Source: Octopus vulgaris
Taxonomy: Eukaryota
Reading direction: 5' to 3'
Length of the DNA stretch: 64,000 nt
Assembly: GCA_951406725.2 (NCBI GenBank)
Contig: OX597816.1
Coordinates: 164,362,001-164,426,000, forward strand
Both the position numbers and the translations under genes were made by a program. Every line of letters starts with the position of its first letter. Positions within the stretch are counted from its first letter, which is position 1. Shown here piece by piece: positions 39,424 to 52,545 of the stretch. The notes below the pieces were generated by a model. The model had not been told where the DNA came from, did not search any database, and saw only the letters and a list, made by a program, of their open reading frames with translations.

Positions 39424-39648
39424 CAGGGGTGGGCGAACTTTTTTGATCGCGGGCCGCACAGTGCGTCTTTGGAACCTTGGCGGGCCTCATTTATAAAAAT
39501 CAAGTGAAAATATTTTTAAAGGCGGTTATAGACCTATAAACACACAATTGATTGAAAGGAAATTTTGTGAAATATTCCTCTCGGCGGGCCGCATGAAAAC
39601 CTATGGCGGGCTGCATGCAGCCCGCGGGCCGTAGTTTGCCCACCCCTG
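39424..39648 (+). mobile_element. Young hAT MITE
   Basis: TIRs CAGGGGTGGGCGAAC/GTTTGCCCACCCCTG, perfect 8-bp TSD GCCTAGAC, internal gcgggccg subterminal repeats. Confidence 0.93.
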
Positions 39649-40011
39649 GCCTAGACCATCATTTTTCTTAATTTATTGATCTTATGAAAAATCTGTTAAA
39701 ATGGTGTTTTAAGATGCTTTAAGTGGAATTGTCAAATGAGAGTTAAATGTTCTCCTAGATTGGGTACAGAATGTGTACTGTTAATTTTACAAGATAATCT
39801 TGTACTTATTCCTGGCAGTTTGATGAATTGAAATATTGTGTGGAAACTGAAGTCCACAGCTGAAGTATGCAATGTTGAAGAAGGATGAAGAATTTTCTTT
39901 GCCAACTCGTGGTGGTGGTGGTGGTGATGTGTGTACCTGTGTATGTTTTGTTTTGTTCTGTTTTTTGCTATTTCAAGTATTAATTTTTTGCCTCGTTTAT
40001 ATCTTTCGTAG

Positions 40012-40112
40012 GCAACAAAAAGGATCAGTGAGTGCCGCAGCAATAAAACCAAATAGTACAAATGGAGTTCAAGACATCAGGACAGACTTAGGTTCCAACC
40101 TTATATTTACAG
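40012..40112 (+). CDS. TNRC18: coding exon 7 (RQQKGSVSAAAIKPN...NLIFT)
   Basis: ttcgtag| acceptor, G|gtaata donor, phase 2 to 1. Confidence 0.8.
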
Positions 40113-40199
40113 GTAATATTATATTATTATCAGTGTATAGGTACAGGTGTGGCTGTGTGGTAAGAAGTTTGCTTCCCAGTTTAACATAATAGTCACAAT

Positions 40200-40259
<60 letters not shown>

Positions 40260-41168
40260 CCTCAATCTCATTTAGCATCTGTTTTCCATGCTGGCATGGG
40301 TTAGACAGTTTCACTGGAATTGGTAGCCAGAGATCTGTACCAGGTTCTAGTCTGATTTTGGATTGGTTTCGACTGCTGGATGCCCTTCCTAACATCAACC
40401 ATTCCAAGAGTGTAGCAGGTGCCATTTACATGTCACTGGCACTGTCTACGATTATGAGTCCAGTTGGCCTGACAAGTCTTCTCAAGCACAGCAAATCTCC
40501 AAAAGTCTCAATCACTTGTCATCGCATTTGATAAGAGCTACTGCCATGTTCCTCTCAATATCTTTGATGCTGTCTGTTATTATTATTATTTCATCCCCAT
40601 GCTAGCATGGAACATGGACTGATTAGACCATTGGAAAAAATCATCATTATCATCATCGAATGTTGGGCCTCACTGAGGCGATGACAAGTGATCAAGACCT
40701 TTGGAGATAAGCTGTGCTTGAGAAGACCCGGCAAGCCAAGTGAGACTGTAACCATGACCTGTGCCAGTGCAGCATAACTGGCCCATTTAAGAGTACCCTT
40801 CAATCATTGGGCAATAAACTGCGCTTGCAAAGACCTGTTGAGGCAAATGAAGTCATTGTTGTGGTTGATGACAGTACCACCTGATTGGCACCCATGCCGG
40901 TGGCAAGCTCGGTGCCAGTGGCACATAAAAAGCACACACTATACTCTCAGTGGTTGGCATTATGAAGGGCATCCAGCTGTAGAAACTTTGCCAGATCAGA
41001 TTGGAGGCTGGTGCAGCCTACTGGCTTCCCAGACCTCAGTCAAACCATCCAACCCATGCCAGCGTGGAAAGTGGACATTAAAGCAATGATGATCATCTTC
41101 ATCATTGACATAATTATTATTATCATTATTTATGATTATAGTTTGGTTATTTATTTCTATATTTTCAG

Positions 41169-41393
41169 GAAGTGGAACCAATCCATGGCCCGATGAGAAT
41201 GCCCTTCGTCACTACGCTGGTCAATGGCTTCAAACTGGTCATCCAGCTCTATGGTTAGGACAAGCACCATTTGGATTCCCTCAGAGTCTACCAACTTCAG
41301 TGGCATTGGATCCAAACAATTTACCCCTGTCACCACCGGCTGGTTTCAAGCTGGCACATGATTCTTTGAGTGGGCACTTTTTCCTGCTACCAA
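41169..41393 (+). CDS. TNRC18: coding exon 8 (GSGTNPWPDENALRHYAGQW...GFKLAHDSLSGHFFLLP)
   Basis: ttttcag| acceptor, A|gtatgt donor; resembles the family motif YQxxRDPxxGQLxxIP. Confidence 0.88.
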
Positions 41394-41471
41394 GTATGTA
41401 CCATCTCGTTTCTTTTATTTCTTACTTGTTATTTTGTTTCTCTCTCACTCTCTGTCTCACAACAGTCTAGT

Positions 41472-42379
41472 CTTCTTTCTTGTCTTAAGACAGCATTCAC
41501 CCAGGGTGGACTGAGCTGGCTTCATTCATCCTCAATGCTGCATCTCTCCCAAATGCCAACCAGACCTGGCGATTTGAGGCTAATGAGTGCGTGATCTCCA
41601 ACCACTCCTTATTCCAGCGGCGATCGCCTAGGTTGGGTTCCAGATCAGCCTTGACTGTCATCAGCCAGGTTTTTCGTTGTCCATCACATCGCTTTCGCCA
41701 GTCCTGAAGGGGAGCTGGGGCAACTGCTTCATAGATGAATTCTCCTGGTTGACGACGGTGGGCATGACCCAGTCAACGCAGACATCTCGTTACGATGACT
41801 TGTCAGACGGGGGGTCATTTTGCACTGGTGTTGCACCGAATTGTTGGAGACAAAGTGACACGAAGGATGCGGCGTAGACAGATGTGATTGAAGGATTCTA
41901 GTCGCTTAATATCTTCTACCCTCATTGGCCATGACTTACTGCCGTAAAGGAGAATCGTTTGCACTAGTGCTTGGTAGATCTGTACTTTGGTGGTGCGTCA
42001 GATCTCAGATCTTGACCAGAGTCATGCATTGAGTCGGTTAAAGGCTTGCCGAGCGAGGTCAATTCGTGTTTTAATGTTAGCCTTACCTTGACCTGTAGCT
42101 GTAATGATGGTGCCAAGGTATTTGAAACTCTAAGGCAGCGAGCTGGCAGAAACGTTAGCACGCCGGGCGAAATGCCTAGCAGTATTTCGTCTGCCGCTGC
42201 GTTCTAAGTTCAAATTCAGCCGTGGTCGACTTTGCCTTTCATCTTTTCGGGGTCGATTAAATAAGTACCAGTTACGTACTGGGGTTGATATAATCGACTT
42301 AATCTGTTTGTCTGTCATTGTTTGTCCTCTCTGTGTTTAGCCCCGTGTGGGTAGTAAAGAAATAGGTATTTGAAACTCT
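41472..42379 (-). mobile_element. 5'-truncated RTE-clade LINE (RT C-terminus) with a nested SINE
   Basis: Minus-strand peptides RIDLARQAFNRL..TKVQIYQALVQTILLYGSKSW..CLRRIL and GQRKTWLMTVKADL; 12-bp TSD caacagtctagt (41460-41471, 42380-42391). Confidence 0.9.
42132..42363 (+). mobile_element. Full-length Nin/Deu-domain SINE (OK-like) inserted in the RTE
   Basis: 16-bp direct repeat aggtatttgaaactct at 42116-42131 and 42364-42379; similar full copy at ~49896-50114. Confidence 0.9.
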
Positions 42380-42507
42380 CAACAGTCTAGTGGAATCAGC
42401 TTTGTACTTATTTTATGATGTAGAATTCTCAAAGATATAACACCTGTTATATGTAATCCTAACGCTAGGACCACCTTGATTCCTACTATTAACTGTTTGT
42501 GTTGCAG

Positions 42508-42857
42508 ATATGGTTGATCCGAACCGTATGTGGCTAGCTGGAGCACCACAGCATGGACATGCCGCGGCAGCAGCTGCTGCAGCCGCAGCCTACCAGCACC
42601 TGATGGCAGCACCAGGCCAATCACCACAACAGGCAGCAGCAGCAGCGGCAGCAGCCCTTCAACAGCAGCAGCAACAACAAGTCACAGCTCAAGGCCCTGA
42701 CGGCCACGCTCCACAGGGATTAGATTTCTCACTTGCATTGCAACAATATCAACAATTTGAAGAGCAACAGAATGCAGCACTGCAACAACAACAACAATCA
42801 GTGTTGCAACAACAACAGCAACACCAACAACAACAGCAGCAGCAACAACAGCAGCAG
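42508..42857 (+). CDS. TNRC18: coding exon 9 (MVDPNRMWL...polyA/polyQ)
   Basis: gttgcag| acceptor, CAG|gtatgg donor, phase 1 to 0. Confidence 0.88.
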
Positions 42858-43189
42858 GTATGGGAATAAACCGCACCTTTACTTCCTATTTCCAGTTTTC
42901 CTCTGCTTCCCTTTGAAATGTTTCTATCTACCTTATTTTCTGGTATAGGGATCAGTTTAGTGTAAACATTCAAACCACATCACTGTTTTTCTAAATTCTT
43001 CTGCATTTCACATGGAATCTTTGGAAACTCCAAATTTGCCTTGGTGTATAAATCAGCCTACATTCTTTTGTTGTAAATTTTGATCTGAAAAATTTGACTT
43101 GAATACCAGAAAATATGGTATTTCTTTCATTTACTTTTGTTCAGTTAATTCTGGAAATGATAAAGAATTTAAAAGAAGTTAATTCTTAA

Positions 43190-43411
43190 CCCTTTCATTA
43201 CCATATTTATTTTGAGATGCTCTGTGTTTCTTTGAATTACTTTAAATATAACAAAGAATTTAGTAAAATACCTTAGTTATCATTAAGCTAGTGTTAGGAA
43301 CATAAATTGTGACAAAGGGTTTGGAGGAAGATTTTAATTCAAAACTTATGAAAATAAGACATTTGTACTACAGAGCCAGAGCCGGCTTCGGCCGGGTTAG
43401 TAACGAAAGGG
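43190..43411 (-). mobile_element. piggyBac-like MITE
   Basis: TTAA|CCCTTTC...GAAAGGG|TTAA; copies at 54973-55190 (inverted) and partial at ~50372-50497. Confidence 0.85.
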
Positions 43412-43706
43412 TTAATTGATTATGGTCAGTCAAATGACTAGCAAATCTGCAGTATTGAGCAGAATATTTGTTGTAGCCCATCTTTTATACCAAGACAAAA
43501 CAATGTACATGATAACATTTCCAATCAGTTAAGATCAGAAGCCTCGAGAACCACTGCCTGGTGTTGCATCAGAGCATTTATTATTATTACTTTTTTTGTT
43601 TTAACTATTTTTTCTCTCTCCCTTGTAAACCCTACCCTTGTAAGTAACAAATATGAAATGTGAATTACTTTATCATCATTTGTAAATCTTAAAAATATTT
43701 TTCCAG

Positions 43707-43896
43707 GATGTTTCTGGTGGTGATGAACGTGAAGTATCATGTTATGCAGAGAATGTACAAGAGATCCTGTCAGGAGAGCAGAAAACACCGTCTCCAACTG
43801 CGTCTCCTACTACATTAGCAGTGAACCAGAATGCAACGACTCTTGGTAAAGACAAGGGTTCCATCCTTGTCTCACCTCATCACCCTTACATTCCAG
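43707..43896 (+). CDS. TNRC18: coding exon 10 (DVSGGDERE...HHPYIP)
   Basis: ttccag| acceptor, open phase-0 frame, G|gtaaat donor. Confidence 0.83.
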
Positions 43897-44764
43897 GTAA
43901 ATAGGAAATCAAAAAAGAATGCTTTTTGTTTATGTTATTTTATGTGAATAACTGTGTGTGTGGATGAGAATCTTGCTTCCCAAATGTGTGGCTTTTAGCT
44001 CAGTGTTACTGGATGGCACCGTGGCCAAGTGTCGTCTACTACAGCATCAGGCCAGGTTATGATACATAGATGTGCTGATGAGATGTATGAAGAAGTCTGG
44101 CATCTTCCCAGACACATGGGAGAAGATTCAGTGGTGTAATGAACGGTGCCGATTGCTGAATCTCAATTCAAGCCTTTGAGGAGAAACAACAAAGAGAATA
44201 TGAAAGAGTACACAAGTGATTTCATCTCAGATACAAACCACAATAACTTGACTGTCACAAGTGTATATACATCATGGTATATAGAAGGCTATTTTAAACC
44301 CTTTACATTTAAATTGGTCACATCTGACCCAAATATGCTTCCTGTTTTATGTTGAAACCAGCCAGATCCATTTTCTGCGCTAGCACGGGTTGGACGGTTC
44401 GACCGGGGTCTGGGAAGCCAGGGGCTGCACCAGGCTCCAGTCTGATCTGGCAGTGTTTCTACAGCTGGATGCCCATCCTAACGCCAACCACTCCGCGAGT
44501 GTAGTGGGTGCTTTTTACGTGCCACTGGCACAGGTGCCAGGGAAGTCTGGCATCGGCCACGATCGGTTGGTGCTTTTAACGTGCCACCGGCACAGAAGCC
44601 ATGGATAATTAAGCATTGCATTCCACAGAATAATCCAAATGCTAAAGGGTTGAATTATTTTTGTAAAAATTATTTATGTACAATTGCCTCCACCCCCACC
44701 CTTTAATATTTATTATTTGTTTAGTATGTTATTTAATTAAATGTTCTCTTTTTGTTTGTTCCAG

Positions 44765-47307
44765 ATTTGGCAGTTGCTGCTGGCCAACCCTACGCCTTTT
44801 CCTACTCCACTGCTCATTTGCCGTTTATTTACAACCCTGCTCTTCTGCCAGGGTCCCTGGCTCCGATGGCTCTTTCTGAAGCACAGCCGCTACCCCAAAA
44901 GCCGGAAGGTACCATGCAGTCTCGTGGCACTTCCCCGATGACTGTTGTTGCTTCGACTCCTTCCCCAGTGCCAGAAGATTCCACAGCGAGCCCACTGGAC
45001 GGCCAGAACAATGAAGAGGAAGACGAGAGCACGTGTGGTGCTAGTACTGATGGCCACAAAGTGTTGGTCAGTGCTGAGGTTTCTGTACAGACCGGTGAAA
45101 GTGAAGAGGAGAGTGTACCGAGTGAAGACAGCTTGATACACGAACCACAACAACAGCACAGCAGCAACAGACAACAAAGACTGAAGAGATAGAAGATGAA
45201 AGACATGAAGTAGTAGAAGAGGAAGAAGATGAAGAGGAGGAGGTGGAGGAAGAAGAAGAAGATGAGGAAGGTGAAGAGGAGGATGACGAGGAAGTTGAAA
45301 GCATCGTGATACGGGAAGGTTCGACTCAGCTGGAAGGCAACTCTGGGAACCAGAACCAGCAGAGTGGGACCAGCAGCACGAAAGAGGAAATAATCGACGG
45401 AGAAGAGGAAATCGAAGAAGAGGAAGTAGATGATGAGGAAGAGGAAGATGAGGACGATGATGATGAGGAAGATGAGGTGGAAGAGGAAGCTGAAGAGGCT
45501 GAAGAAGAGGAAATCGGAGAAGGCAAGGCTGAAGAATTGCAACAAGATGAGAGGAGAGACGAGAGGCAGAAGAAGATAGTTTTGTCTGATTACCAAAAGC
45601 AGCACCACCATCATCATCACCATCGTCATCATCATCATCATCATCGTCATCGTCATAATCAAAGCAGCAAACATTCAGAGCAGACTGGTCTTAGTAGTAA
45701 TAGTAGTAGCAACAGTAGTAGTAGTGGTAGTAACATGTGTACTAGTATTTCTCATTGTACCAGAAACAACAGCAACAACAACAGTTGCTTGGTTGAAGAA
45801 CAGAGAGTTAAAGAGACCTTACAAGTGGAAGATGAAGAAGTTGGCGAGGGAGAAGAGGAAGATGAGGAAGAAGAAGAAATTGAAGATGAAGATGGTATTG
45901 AAGAGGGTGAGGAAGAAGAGGATGGTGAAGAAGACGACGAAGAAGAGGAATTAGAAGATGAAGAAGATGGTGAATACAGTTTAGGTGATGAGGTACTGGT
46001 GAAGAATTTGCGGAAAGATAGCAATAAAAGACAACTTCAAGAAAGACAACAACTACAACAGCAGCAACATCATCACCATCATCAACAATTGCAACAACAA
46101 CAGCAACAGTTACTGCAACAACAACAACAACAGCAACGACAGTGCTTGATTGAAGATGATGACGAAGAAGATGAAAACGAGGTTGATGATGAAGATGATG
46201 ACGACGATGATGACGATGATGATGATGATGATGACGACGAATATGACGAGGAAGAACTCTTAGACAAAGACAACCAATCTTTGGAAGATTCTTGCCATGT
46301 TGCCACCTCCATGTTGCATTTAGCTGACGAAACCGATTCTACTTCTGACGAGAAAGTAGCAGACATAGAGAACGATATCGATATCAAGGAACTCGCTTTG
46401 GCTGTGATGAGTATGAAGAGCGAAACGGTGAAGAGTGAAAAACTCCTCTGTGACACTCCCATGTCTTTGAGTAACATGACATGTCCAAGTTTCAGCAGCC
46501 TTGCCCACAGTAGCCAGACGATGGGCCATCAATATGGCTCTCATACTCTGAATAGCCACACAATAAACCATCCATATGGTAGTTCTCATTCAAAGAATAA
46601 CAGCAATAATTATAACGGACTTGGTGCCAATAATGGCAACCTTGCTTCCAGTTCAGAAAATGTTTTCAGCAGAACATATCCAGATCCTAGAAACGGCTTG
46701 GAATTGCTTAGCACCGTGGCTGAACAGCTTGGTGACGTGCATCCAGCGGTGACATCTTCAGGATCTTCAGCTAATACAGCCACCAGCTTAAAGACAGCAT
46801 CGAGTCCTGGCAGTGCTGGAAGTGCAAGCTGTGCCAGCAACAACAGCTCTAGTAACACAGCTAGCAGCAGTAACAGTAGTAGTAGTGGTGGTGGTAACAG
46901 CAATGGTAGTAGCAGCAGCAGCAGCAGTAGTAGTAGCGGTAGTATGATAAATAGCACTTGTAACAGTAACAACAGCGTTGGCCATAACAACTTCAGTCAT
47001 ACTTATTGTCATAGTAACCATAGCAACCATAATGTCAATGTTAGTCAAGGTGACTGCTCCATCTTGGGCAAAGCAGGCGAATCGGCAGCGAGCAAGGCGT
47101 ACAATGCCCTTGCCAAAACGTTCGACGCTTCGGCCCTGTTGAAGAGCAGTGAGATGACCACTCGGAGCGGTTGTGACATTACCAACAGAGGTAACGACAC
47201 AATACCAAAGATTGTACGCAGCAAGGACTTCAACTCCAGGCACAAGTACTTCAGCAAAGAATTGGTCAACCCACACATGAACATTGGTGGATTAAATATA
47301 CCTCAAG
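44765..47307 (+). CDS. TNRC18: coding exon 11, acidic/polyQ/H/S exon with an apparent 1-nt deletion at 45158/45159
   Basis: ccag| acceptor. ORF 44752-45192 joins ORF 45243-47369 if one base is restored in CAA CAG CA- CAG. G|gtaaat donor. Contains GLELLSTVAEQ. Confidence 0.85.
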
Positions 47308-47594
47308 GTAAATATATGCATTTCTCTAAGTTCTTTCTGTTTCTTTCAAGTCAGTTAGTTACAGTTTGAAAGTTTGTAAATATACAGGCATGGCTTTGAG
47401 GTTGAGAAGCCTTCTGTGCAATCCTGTTGTCCCTCTGCACAGCACCTTGGGCAAATACCTTCTAGGGCCTTGAGCCACCTAATGCCTTATAATTAAATTT
47501 TGGAGATGGAAAGTATGTGGAAGCCTGTTGTATATACATGTATGTATAAAGATACACACACATTTATATAAACATATTTATGTATATGTATGTT

Positions 47595-47651
<57 letters not shown>

Positions 47652-47929
47652 ATGTATATATAATCAAAAACTAAATGCGCCCTTTTTAAAGCCTAGCCAG
47701 GCTCATGGGCCCAGTTTCAATGACATATGTATTCCCCAGCTGGACGGGACGCCAGTCCATCGCAGCGTTACCCATTTTTGCTAGCTGAGTGGACTGGGGC
47801 AATGTAAAATGAAGTGTTTTGCTCAAGAACACAACGCGTCGCCCGGTCCAGGAATCAAACCACAATCTTACGATCATGATGCTGACACCCTAACCGCTAA
47901 CCCACAAGCCTCCACATGTGTGTGTATGT

Positions 47930-48420
47930 ATCATCATCATCATCATCATCATCATCATTTAACGTCCGCTTTCCATGCTAGCATGGGTTGGATGGTTCAA
48001 CTGGGGTCTGGGGAGCCCAAAGGCTGCACCAGGCCAGTCAGATCTGGCAGTGTTTCTACAGCTGGATGCCCTTCCTAACGCCAACCACTCCAAGAGTGTA
48101 GTGGGTGATTTTATGTGCCACCGACACAGGTGCCAGACGAGGCTGGCAAACGGCCACGTTCGGATGGTGTTTTTTATGTGCCACCGACACAGGTGCCAGA
48201 CGAGGCTGGCAGACGGCCACGCTCGGATGGTGTTTTTATGTGCCACCGACACAGGTGCCAGATGAGGCTGGCAAACGGCCACGATCGGATGGTGCTTGTT
48301 ACGTGCCCACAGCACGGAGGCCAGTCAACGCGGTACTGGCTACGGCCACGTTCGGATGGTTTTCTTGTGTGCCACGTGCCACCGGCACTGGTACCACAAA
48401 GATACAAATTCCATTGATGT
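47930..48420 (-). mobile_element. (GAT)n-tailed SINE-like retroposon with ~61-bp internal tandem units
   Basis: Same family as 37852-38342; 3-4 units at ~48105-48380. Confidence 0.85.
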
Positions 48421-48473
48421 TCATCTATTTTGATTTGTTTATATATATATATATATATATACATACATACACA

Positions 48474-48716
48474 CAAAGGGTTGGCCAAAAGTCACCTGAT
48501 GGTAAATCAAAGTTCCATAAATACTTAATAATTCAATTTTATTTATTTATTCGAATTGTCAATATTTAATAATTAACTGTTGTGAGTGAAAATCATCATT
48601 TTCTTGTTTACCTCAACATGAGTTTATTAGCGAAGTCTCATGAAATAATTTTTTGTTTTAATCTTGGAATTAAATTTTTTTGATTGGCTATCTGCTGACT
48701 TTTGGCCAACTCTTTG
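48474..48716. mobile_element. Tc1/mariner-like MITE
   Basis: TIRs caaagggttggccaaaagtca / tgacttttggccaactctttg. Confidence 0.75.
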
Positions 48717-48745
48717 TGTGTGTGTGTGTGTGTCTGTATAAGAGA

Positions 48746-48971
48746 GAGGTGGAAATAGCACAGAAGTAAATCTAAGACATTTCAGTTTAAGAACGAATTT
48801 AATAAAATAATAAAATGATTTTAAAATTATATGAAGAAAATATTACCAGTTTTGATGATGAATCTCATCAAATATCAGTAAAAATTTGAAGTAAAAACAG
48901 TTTATCTTCTGTCTGTGGATCAAAGTCTAAATTGAAATGTCTTGGATTTACTTCTGTTCTATTTCCACCTC
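48746..48971. repeat. Inverted repeat (~44-bp arms)
   Basis: gaggtggaaatagcacagaagtaaatctaagacatttcagttta versus taaattgaaatgtcttggatttacttctgttctatttccacctc. Confidence 0.8.
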
Positions 48972-49435
48972 CGTCTTTTATATATAAAAATTTGATTTGT
49001 ATTGCTCTCTAATCTTTTTCCAACTTATATATCTATGTGTATAAATATGTATGTATGTGTATATATGTGTGTTGTTGTGTTGCTTGGTCCCCATCACTAC
49101 TTGACAAATTGGTGTTGGTTTATGTAACTTAACAGTGAAACAAAATTGTTTTTGATAGACAAAAATCCAACACCAGCTAGCAGAATGATTATGTACACCT
49201 TTGTTCTAATGTCTAAGTACTCAATATAAGTGTAGCCAATATTGTGTTTCTCCAGGCAGTGTTTGAGTCCATAAGCTTTAATGCAATAAAATACCATATA
49301 TATATCCTAACAGCTGATAATATTAGTCTCTTTGGATTTGATAATTTGTTTGAGAATGAAGTATTTAAGAATTGATAGTGTAAAATTATAATAACCATAT
49401 ATAGGTCAGCATTCAACTCTGTAGAGGCATCTTAA

Positions 49436-49591
<156 letters not shown>

Positions 49592-50767
49592 TAAGTAATT
49601 TCTTTCACATTTAAGCATTTTGTCACTTTAGCATTCATCATCTTTATTTTCGTGCAAGATTTTTCCAAGCTGTTGTATGCTTAATTGGTTTTCAGTATAG
49701 ATTTAAATTACTTCTGAAAGTCACTGTGATATTTTACAATCCCTAAGATATATTCCAAACATTAGCACAAAACCAAGATTTTAAGAGTATGTGGTAGGAA
49801 TGATACAACTGCTTATCTTGAGCTGTCGTGTTGGAATGGAACTTGGAAAGATGAAAGACAAAGTTGATCTTGACAGAAATTAAACACAGTGGAAAGTCGG
49901 TGAGCTGGCAGAAACGTTAGTGTGCCGGGCGAAATACCTAGTGGTATTTTGTCTGCCGTTACGTTCTGAGTTTAAATTCTGCCGAGGTCGACTTTGCCTT
50001 TTATCCTTTCGGGGTCGACGAATTAAGTACCAGTTACGCACTGGTGTCGATGTAATCGACTTAATCCATTTGTCTGTCCTTGTTTAGCCCCTTGTGGGTA
50101 CTAAAGAAATAGGTATTATTTCATTCATACCCAAGCTTCCCTACAAACACCATTTGTGACAAACCTAGTGCAAAAAACAAAATATGTATGAACGTTTTAT
50201 TGGTCCTTTTGACTACACAGTCCCTTGATAAATTATGACTTTCTATTAGGAAACCCCTTGTCAACCCTTGCCATATATCAAAAGCGATTTAGATCTCTGA
50301 CTGTGACACACATACAGAACATACAGTTTGTTACATTTCCATCTAGTTTGGAATCCAATTAAACATTTTAACCCTTTTGTTACCAACCCGGCTGAAACCG
50401 GCTCTGGCTCTGTAGTACAAATGTCTTGTTTTCGTAAGTTTTGAATTAAAATCTTCATCTAAAGCGTAGTCACAATTTATGTTGCTAACACTAGCTCTGA
50501 CTGTGACACACATACAGAACACACGGTTTATTACATTCCCACCTAGTTTGGAATCCCGTTAGACATGTTAAGGAATGAAGATTGTAATATTCTTCCTAAC
50601 GCCAACCACTTTACAGAGTGTACTGGGTGCTTCTCATGTGGTGCTAGCATAAATCTTTGAATATAAATTTCATCTAAAAAAAAAATGTGGTTAATAATCT
50701 TTAAAAATATAATCAGGTTAACCATGATTCAGGTCAGATATTTAGACATTTAATTTCTGTTTTATAG

Positions 50768-50842
50768 AGAGGATGTTCAAAGCAAAAGAGGTCCTGGAAG
50801 ACCAAGGAAGCGCAAGTTACCTCGTGAAGGACCATCTTTGAG
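50768..50842 (+). CDS. TNRC18: coding exon 13 (EEDVQSKRGPGRPRKRKLPREGPSL), AT-hook/NLS-like
   Basis: ttatag| acceptor, AG|gtaatt donor, phase 2/2; RGPGRPRKR follows the coiled coil as in TNRC18. Confidence 0.9.
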
Positions 50843-51308
50843 GTAATTCATTATATTTCATTTTTTACTCGTTATTTTATATTTTCTTTTGTTTCTTTTT
50901 ATGTCCATTTTTCTCATGGTTTAAATTAATATATGACTGAGGCATTGTTTAGCTGCTGTCATTAACCCTTTCTTAAAATTACTTGTGCTACGTCTTTGAA
51001 ATGCTAAATCAGAAGACAATTTATTGGCTTGGAAAATGACTCATTTTATGCTGAAACTGGGCAGATCTAACTTCTCACACCTACCCTACAATGTCATTCT
51101 GAAAAATAAACACATCAAAATGCATGACCGATTCAAAACCAAGTAAATATATATGCATTACATTTGACAGAGCAATCTGAATGCTAAAGTGATAACCCAG
51201 CCAATGATTCAGAAGTGATTTTGTTTCTTTTAAGACATAACTTCATAGATTTTGATTAGGAGATGACATTGTTGAACCTAAGTGAAATTTCAAAATTTTT
51301 CTTTCCAG

Positions 51309-51420
51309 TATCAAGCACGGTGGTGGTACATCACCAAAACCTGCAGGGAAAGATCCCTCTTCGAAGCGAAAGAAACTTGCAGAAAAACTTGTTGATAAAG
51401 TTTTCAGACAATCTTCACAG
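51309..51420 (+). CDS. TNRC18: coding exon 14 (SIKHGGGTSPKP...FRQSSQ)
   Basis: ttccag| acceptor, CAG|gtaagt donor, phase 2 to 0. Confidence 0.85.
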
Positions 51421-51561
51421 GTAAGTACAGCTTAAAAATCTTGCTCTTCATATTCCATTCAATGGAATCATTTGATTGAGATGATGAGACTTAGCAGTCC
51501 ATCAGAAGTTGAATGGCTCACACTCCATTCTGTATGTGAGGCCACAAATCTGATATAATTA

Positions 51562-51724
51562 CTGTAAATCTTCGTGTATAGTCTGCCCTTAAGTATAATT
51601 CGCAGGGGGATTTTAGAGGGCTGTACCTCTGAAAAACCTAAACCTTGTATATAAAACACACCCCTTCTCTAACTTGAGTCAAGGAGGTCTATATAACATC
51701 CTTGGTTTGTAAAAATGTATACGG
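51562..51724 (+). mobile_element. TA-flanked Tc1/Tigger-like MITE
   Basis: TA|CTGTAAATC...TATACGG|TA; partial copy at ~39066-39200. Confidence 0.65.
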
Positions 51725-51898
51725 TAAGGTCCTTTATTATTATTGTATATATAACATTATGCAAACGTGTAGCTTTTTTGTGCATTTTGTTTGCAGAAAA
51801 TAATGAAATAACAGTAATAACGTCAGTGAAAAATAAATATTAAGTAAATTGCCTTTACATATTTATCACTATCAGTTGCAAAAGCAAAAATATTTATT

Positions 51899-51956
<58 letters not shown>

Positions 51957-52026
51957 TAGATAGATAGATAGATAGATATAAAACCTTAATGTGATTTCTT
52001 TCAACATTCTATTGTTTGTTAATCAG

Positions 52027-52138
52027 ATGCCATCATCCAAGAGGAATCGTAACAATAAAGCTTTGATTGCTCCTGGAAAAATGTCTACGGTTCTTGTGAA
52101 GAAAAACATGGCGCCATCTACCACTAGGTCAGGTGCAG
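52027..52138 (+). CDS. TNRC18: coding exon 15 (MPSSKRNRNNK...RSGA)
   Basis: aatcag| acceptor, G|gtaaat donor, phase 0 to 1. Confidence 0.82.
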
Positions 52139-52394
52139 GTAAATATTTGTAGTATTTCTAACCATTTACAAATGCACACACACCTGATATATGTTAAGCA
52201 GTAAAAGCATTTTAAGGGAAAGAAATTAAAACAAAGCCATAATGTTGCGTTGGCTGTAAAGGTTTTGATTATATTTCGCAAGAAGTATGAAGCATGCCTT
52301 AAAAATTTTTACAGACTAAAAAGGCAATAAAGAAGCCACAGATATGGATGTGTGGTTAAAAAAGTGCAGTCTCTTGCAGTAGAGAGGATGCATG

Positions 52395-52452
<58 letters not shown>

Positions 52453-52545
52453 TCTATATGCATACACACACTCACACATGCTGTATTACATTTCTGATTA
52501 CAAATCTAACAATCATAGCTTCTTTAATTTATTTCCCTCACTTAG

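Noticed and set aside
45150-45165. Programmed ribosomal frameshift in exon 11
   Set aside because: There is no slippery heptamer or downstream structure; an indel in a CAG run is simpler.
44829-45674. 281-aa hydrophobic minus-strand ORF and other antisense ORFs over exons 4 and 11
   Set aside because: They are antisense shadows of GAA/GAT/TCA-rich coding sequence.
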